A DNA stretch of 64,000 nucleotides, taken from positions 202,866,001 to 202,930,000 of the forward strand of contig NC_058368.1 of the NCBI RefSeq assembly GCF_018350175.1, in the 5' to 3' direction. Shown piece by piece: positions 58,350 to 64,000 of this stretch (position 1 is the stretch's first letter; each line of letters starts with the position of its first letter). Origin of the DNA: Felis catus. Lineage: Eukaryota. The translations under genes were made by a program, and so were the position numbers. A model generated the notes under the pieces. It was not told the DNA's origin, did not search any database, and saw nothing but the letters and a program-made list of their open reading frames with translations.

Positions 58350-61300
58350 TGAAGCCCTTTCTTTAGTTGCTAAAGTAATAGACTATCATTCATGTCACCG
58401 AAATAGTTAGATGCACATCTAGGTATCAGGCCTTTTGTGCTGAGAAATAATAATTCACAGGGGAAAATGATGGGGTTTAGGAGGGCATTTTACTCAGTTG
58501 TCTTCATTTTTACTTTTATCTAAGTGTTTGGCTGTCAATATCTCCCAGTCATAGATTTTCATAGATTTGAACTGAAATTTGTAAAAGAGCATGAAGAATT
58601 CACTTGCTGTCGTTCAGAGTTCAACATTGTGGTTAAAGTGGAAAATGCATATTTTATAATAAACATGAGTACTTGGTCTATGTCAGGAGCTAAGTGTTTT
58701 GTTTAACTGTTGCAACACTATGAAGCTTACTATTATATTTCCCCATCTGATTAGATTGTACAATAGGATTTTGTTACCATTGAACCATTTTGTCCTATAG
58801 AAATGGAAATATTACACGATTCAACCTAATGCATATGAAAGGAGGTTAAGTCACTTGCCCAGAACCAAAGGATCACAAGCTGGTAAATGGAGGAAACTAG
58901 ATTTGAATTCACTAGTCCATTTTCCTCTTCACTGTATGCTATACACTCACTCATTTTATAATGCATATATATATATACACACACGTTTCTGTATGTTTGT
59001 ATATGCATACATATACAGAGATATGAATATACACATGGATTTACACATCTGTGTGTACATATATATAACATTTTATTTTTAGGAAGATGGTACATTTTTC
59101 TTAGGTATTTCTATAGAGACCCAAATAGATACAGATAGCAATCTTCTACTTTTTGTACTTTAACCCTGAACTTATAAAAGTGGCTCATTATTTTTCATAC
59201 ATGCAATTATCATTGATACTTCCTGAATCAAATACTTTAATTCTAGTCTTTTCTTTAGTCCACACTCAACATGACAGCCAAGCTTTTGACGTCAATACTT
59301 TTAAAAAAGAATCTCATTTCACTCTACTCATCTCAACCCTTTGTATCACTGCAGAACATCTTCCTCTTTTACTGTGCTTCATGCTATTTGAACAGCTTGT
59401 CTTCCTGACAGTGGGCCTCAGGGAGCCCATTCCTGGTCTTAAGGAGACCAATCTGCAGTTATTAGTGGGAGTTGTTTAAATTAGTATCACTGATGTCCTC
59501 TACATATTAGAGTATACCTACCATGCATGAGGTGACATTCAGTTAGGACAAAATCACCGTCAGCAAAACACGCTCCTCTGTGGTCTCCAGACATTCTCAT
59601 TTGAGAAATTAAACATACTCTTTCAAAGTTTGATGCTATTTTTAATCAGTACTTATCAAGCATATGCAACATGGGGATAGAGATTGCTTGACAGGAGGTA
59701 GATTTCATTCTTTTTGATTTTATTATGTCAAACACTGCAAAGCAGTATAAGTTAATTATCTAGGTAATTCAAGCTGAGCATACTTTTGCTCATGCTGCCT
59801 ATTGGGAAGGGCAGTCGTATGCTTGTGATCTTTTCGTCTCCCCTCAGTCACATAAGGATGGGCCTTGGGCCTGAACACCTCCTTACCACGAGACAAAGGG
59901 CCCTCACAGCTCATGTTGGAATTATCATCTCCCATAAGAGTACCTTTTCCTGTTTCAGACTCATTATGTGCTGCTTTGTTCTGCTTAACTGTGTGCATCA
60001 TATAGCATCTGGTCAACCTCACTGCCTTATCTGTCCCCTGTGGGGAGGACCTTTCACTGCAGCACAGGAAGGAAATGTACAGGCCGCTTGCCCTGTGTCT
60101 ACTGCCAGGAGGAACCAGCTGATCATAGGAACCAACACCCACAACTCAAGCTGATCTTCCTCTGTTTCTTCTCTGTGTGAGAAGAGCAATGTTTTATTCA
60201 AATGCTCGACTGTCTTGTGTTCCTTGGATTCTCCAATACCAATGTTCAGCCAGCAGTCTACTCCAGGTGATAGGCAAAAGGTGCCATTAGCTCGACATTG
60301 ACCAAAAGGTTATGGGTAAAATTTGCATCATTTTGCATTTTGCATTTTTAATTTAAATGATCAAAATAAAGAATTATTCTGATATATCTCTATACAGCTC
60401 ATCCCATATATATAGAAAGAGAGAGAGGAAATAGAATTAGGGATGACTCCATATATAATTTATTTTAAAAAAAAATCATGCACCTTTTAGAAAAGCTTGG
60501 CCCATGTGCCCACTGCCCCCAATTGCTTGTCTTGCTTGTCCTTTTGGTGGCTTTTGATGGAGCCCACCATTCCTGCTCAGTCACATCCATCCTCTTCTCT
60601 CCCCTTATCTCCTGATGCTACTGACTGTCCCAGTCTCCCAGGAATGAGGGTAAGGCTTTAAAATGGCCTTTGTTGCTGCCACTGGGGAGCACAGAAACAT
60701 TGTCTTCCAAGTCCAAACCAACATGACCTACAGAGGCTCTGTTTCTCCATTGGCTGCCTGGTAATGCCAGGTAATACAACCAAAGATGTAGGAGAGTTGA
60801 TGCCCAATGGAATGAACTGTGACTACTGAGAGTTAGGAGACTAGAAACAGACATCTGGTAAATTGCTTGCTCTTTATCTTCTAATGGGCCATTCTTAGAT
60901 CTAGAGGTTCCATTTGGACTTTTAAGGGAGGTCCCACAAGACCTACGAATAGCTATATTTTCTTATATTCCTTGACAAGCTTGCTAAGACTAAGTAAAAG
61001 TCTACAATGCCAAGTCAAGAAGAGGATTCAGAGCAGAAATCTGCAGAGATATTTTCTTTATCTTCCCATATCCACTGGATTTATTTTCCTTTAATGAGGA
61101 GAACGTGCAAGTTAATACCAGAATATTCTGTGTATTGTGTACAGTCCCTTATATGTAACAGGAACATATAAATAAAAAGTGCACTTAGAATTCCCTCCTT
61201 CTCAGCTTTCATAGAGGCACAAGTCCTGAGGACTCTGCTTTTTGCTTTGTGGAGCAGTGATAGATGGGATTGCAAATGACCAAAGCAGTCAGATCTGCAG

Positions 61301-61654
61301 GAGAAAAGGGCATAGCTTCGGAAAGAGAGTGAAGAAAGGGGGATATTGAAAAGAGAATAACTACCTTTGGCAGCAGTAAAGACAAGTGGAACTTTATGAA
61401 GTAGAAGAAATACTCAGAATATTTTAGGAAGCTTAAAGTGCTTCTGTAAACTCTACCCTCGGTATCTGAAACAGACCTTCAAGGAAGATCTTCACTACTA
61501 TTTAAGGTTTGGTCTTTCATTTTAATATGACACAATGCTAGGGGGAGCCTAGAAGCAAGAGCAAGACAGCCCAGTTTTTTGTGTTTTTTTTTTTCAGATT
61601 ACATATAGGAACATTCCATCCCGGTTAACTGTTTAATAATCTTTGCATTGTTCC

Positions 61655-61888
61655 GGGTGCCTGGGTGGCGCAGTCGGTTAAGCGTCCGACTTCAGCCAGG
61701 TCACGATCTCGCGGTCTGTGAGTTCAAGCCCCGCGTCGGGCTCTCGGCTGATGGCTCAGAGCCTGGAGCCTGTTTCGGATTCTGTGTCTCCCTCTCTCTC
61801 TGCCCCTCCCTCGTTCATGCTCTGTCTCTCTCTGTCCCAAAAATAAATAAAACGTTGAAAAAAAATTTAAAAAAAAATAATAAAAAAA
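61655..61888 (+). mobile_element. Can-SINE (SINEC_Fc type)
   Basis: TSD AATAATCTTTGCATTGTTC. Confidence 0.95.
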
Positions 61889-63279
61889 TAATCTTTGCAT
61901 TGTTCATTTCATAGTGTGAGTAGCATTACTCTCTGCCATTGGGTATCTAGATCATAAGTCCTTAGTTGAAAGAACCATTTCTGGGTTTACTGGGATCCCC
62001 AGTGGCAAAAATCTAAGTCCCACCTCAATTCTGTAGCGGCATTCATCTCTAAACATAAAACCTGGTTATCCAGCTTGCAAAGCTCAAATAACCAAGTAAC
62101 CGAGATGTTCTATATTGTGTAAAATTGGGTGAGCTGACATTGCCCCCTTTGTACCCCAGCCCCGAGTCACTGCAGTTATGCTCTTGGCAACTCACCTCCA
62201 GTCTGTGCTGACTGCCATGTCATGATTTCCTGCAGCCCGTGTTCTGCACGCCTGACTTACATCTGCTCAGATACCCACAGGTAGCTATGTGATCTTAGGC
62301 CCCTGCCTCTGATCTCTCTCCCTGGGAAGCAGAACTATGCTGAGCATAACTTTAAGGCCAATAGACTGGTGGCTCAGCATGACCTCATTATAAGGGGCAT
62401 TTACTTTGTCTTTTGATGTTAATGCATCCAGAAACTGGATGTGAGAACTCTGGCAAGTTCCATTGTCATACTTATCCGTATACATTAAGTTCGGGATGCA
62501 CAAAAAGCACAGACAAAGTAGTTCTCGGCTCTGTGAAGCAACACATCTTTGACAGCATGGGGCCTCAGACCAGGCAGGTGGCTGACAAAGTCAAACATTA
62601 GAGAACCATTGATAGTCTGTCTTTTATTCATCTATTTCCTCTCCCACCTACTCCCCATGCTTATCTACTTCAGTCTCCATCATAAAATGTACTTCCCAGG
62701 CTTCATTGTCCTCTAGTTCTTAACTAAGTTTGGCCAACGGAGGCAATGGCAAAAGACTGAGGACAGGATAAAGGGATAAGGTGGACCATTTCTCTCCCCG
62801 TCTGTTTTGGAAGCACTCTCGGCAAGCTCCCAAGCCTCCTGTGTGGCTGCAGCTCCTGCCTTACTGATATGCAGTGGCTCCAACTTTCACCAGGCAGGCC
62901 AGCTCTTAGGCTGCCCAGTCTGGCCCTCCAGCCCCAGGGGTACCAGCACATCCAGAATGTGGCTAATATCGGAGTTGCCTTGCCATTCTCGGTTTAATTT
63001 TTCAGCTTTTTTATCACATGTAAAGATTTACCTGTGCCAAATATACTTGGTTTAAAGTATACTGAACCATATAAGATTGCTGATATTAACCTGAATCTGA
63101 TCAGTGAAAATGGTAATTACTTATGGTTTTACCAAATGTCCAGTAATTTGTTTTTGGTCTAGATCCTAAATGTGACACACCCCAAACTTAAGACAGTTAA
63201 AACCTCTGTCATAAGGGGAGTGGGTTGAGACTTGAGAAGAGTTAAAAAGGAAATATTATTTAAACTGGCATTTAAAGTG

Positions 63280-63494
63280 TTTTTTAAATATATTTTTTAA
63301 GTTTATGTTTGAGAGACAGAGAAAAAACACAAGTGGGGGAGGGGCAGAGAGAAAGGGAGACACAGAATCCGAAGCAGGCTCCAGGTTCCAAGCTGTCAGC
63401 ACAGACCCCGATGGGGGGCTTGAACCCAGGAACTGTGAGATCATAACATGGGCCGAAGTCGGACACTCAACTGACTGAGCCACCCAGGTGCCCC
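63280..63494 (-). mobile_element. Can-SINE
   Basis: TSD TAAACTG(G/A)CATTT. Confidence 0.92.
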
Positions 63495-63666
63495 TAAACT
63501 GACATTTTAAAGATAAGTATAGTGCGCCAGATAAAGAGAAAATGGAAATGAGGAAGGACAAACTCTGACAAGTTAAGAAGGAACAGCATCTTTGGGCAAA
63601 GAAAGGCTTGCCGTGGCTCTAATTCCTGACTGAAATCTAATGGCAGCATGGGTGTCAGAAAACCAG

Positions 63667-64000
63667 TGTATTGGTTTGCTAGGGCTGCCATAACAGAGCG
63701 TTTTAAGCAAGGTGATTTGAACAACAGAAATTTATTATGTCATAGTTCTGAAAGTTAGAAGTCTAAGGTCAAGGTGTCATCAGGGCTGGTTCTCTCTGAG
63801 AGGTGTGAGGAAAACCGTTCCCTGTCCCTATCTCTGAGTGTTCTGCTGGCAATCTCTGGTGTTCTTCGGCTTGTAGAGACATCACCCCAATCTCTGTCTT
63901 CATTTTCCCATGGCATCATAGATATATACACACACCTCTGTGTGTATATGTGTCCAAATTTCTCCTTTTTATAAGAACAATGATCCTACTGGATCAGGGC
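63667..64000 (-). mobile_element. MLT1-like MaLR LTR (runs off the window)
   Basis: TGTATTGGTTTGCTAGGGCTGCCATAACA...AACAACAGAAATTTATT is the antisense MLT1 end. Confidence 0.8.

Noticed and set aside
59756..60201. Cluster of 60-128 aa ORFs on both strands
   Set aside because: No homology I can recognise and no splice or Kozak support.

Overview
Mammalian genomic DNA from a felid, most likely domestic cat: about 23 carnivore tRNA-derived Can-SINEs, many of the SINEC_Fc type, plus L1, MaLR/ERVL, Tigger and hAT relics. I can support no host protein-coding exon. The dominant feature is a full-length 9.6-kb endogenous gammaretrovirus (18501-28110, + strand) inserted into an old L1MC-like element. 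It has a 4-bp ATCT target-site duplication, LTRs differing by about 10 substitutions, a tRNA-Gln PBS and a polypurine tract. Gag (517 aa) is intact and the frame stays open through the natural amber codon, protease and RT polymerase domain. RNase H/integrase and the 3' half of env are disrupted. The most interesting observations are all in this provirus. (1) An unannotated 57-codon ORF with two hydrophobic segments lies in the long leader, in the gag frame, separated from Gag by a single TGA. (2) An intact signal peptide + receptor-binding domain + proline-rich Env fragment has the architecture of the FeLIX/Refrex-1 soluble Env factors. (3) The packaging region has twin GACG-type stem-loops followed by four 21-nt hairpin repeats with a compensatory base-pair change. 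(4) A strong candidate splice acceptor sits 9 nt before the gag ATG. The 12 kb downstream is a dense cluster of solo LTRs and L1s. Repeat family names are from recollection of consensus sequences, not database searches. Boundaries of old elements are approximate.
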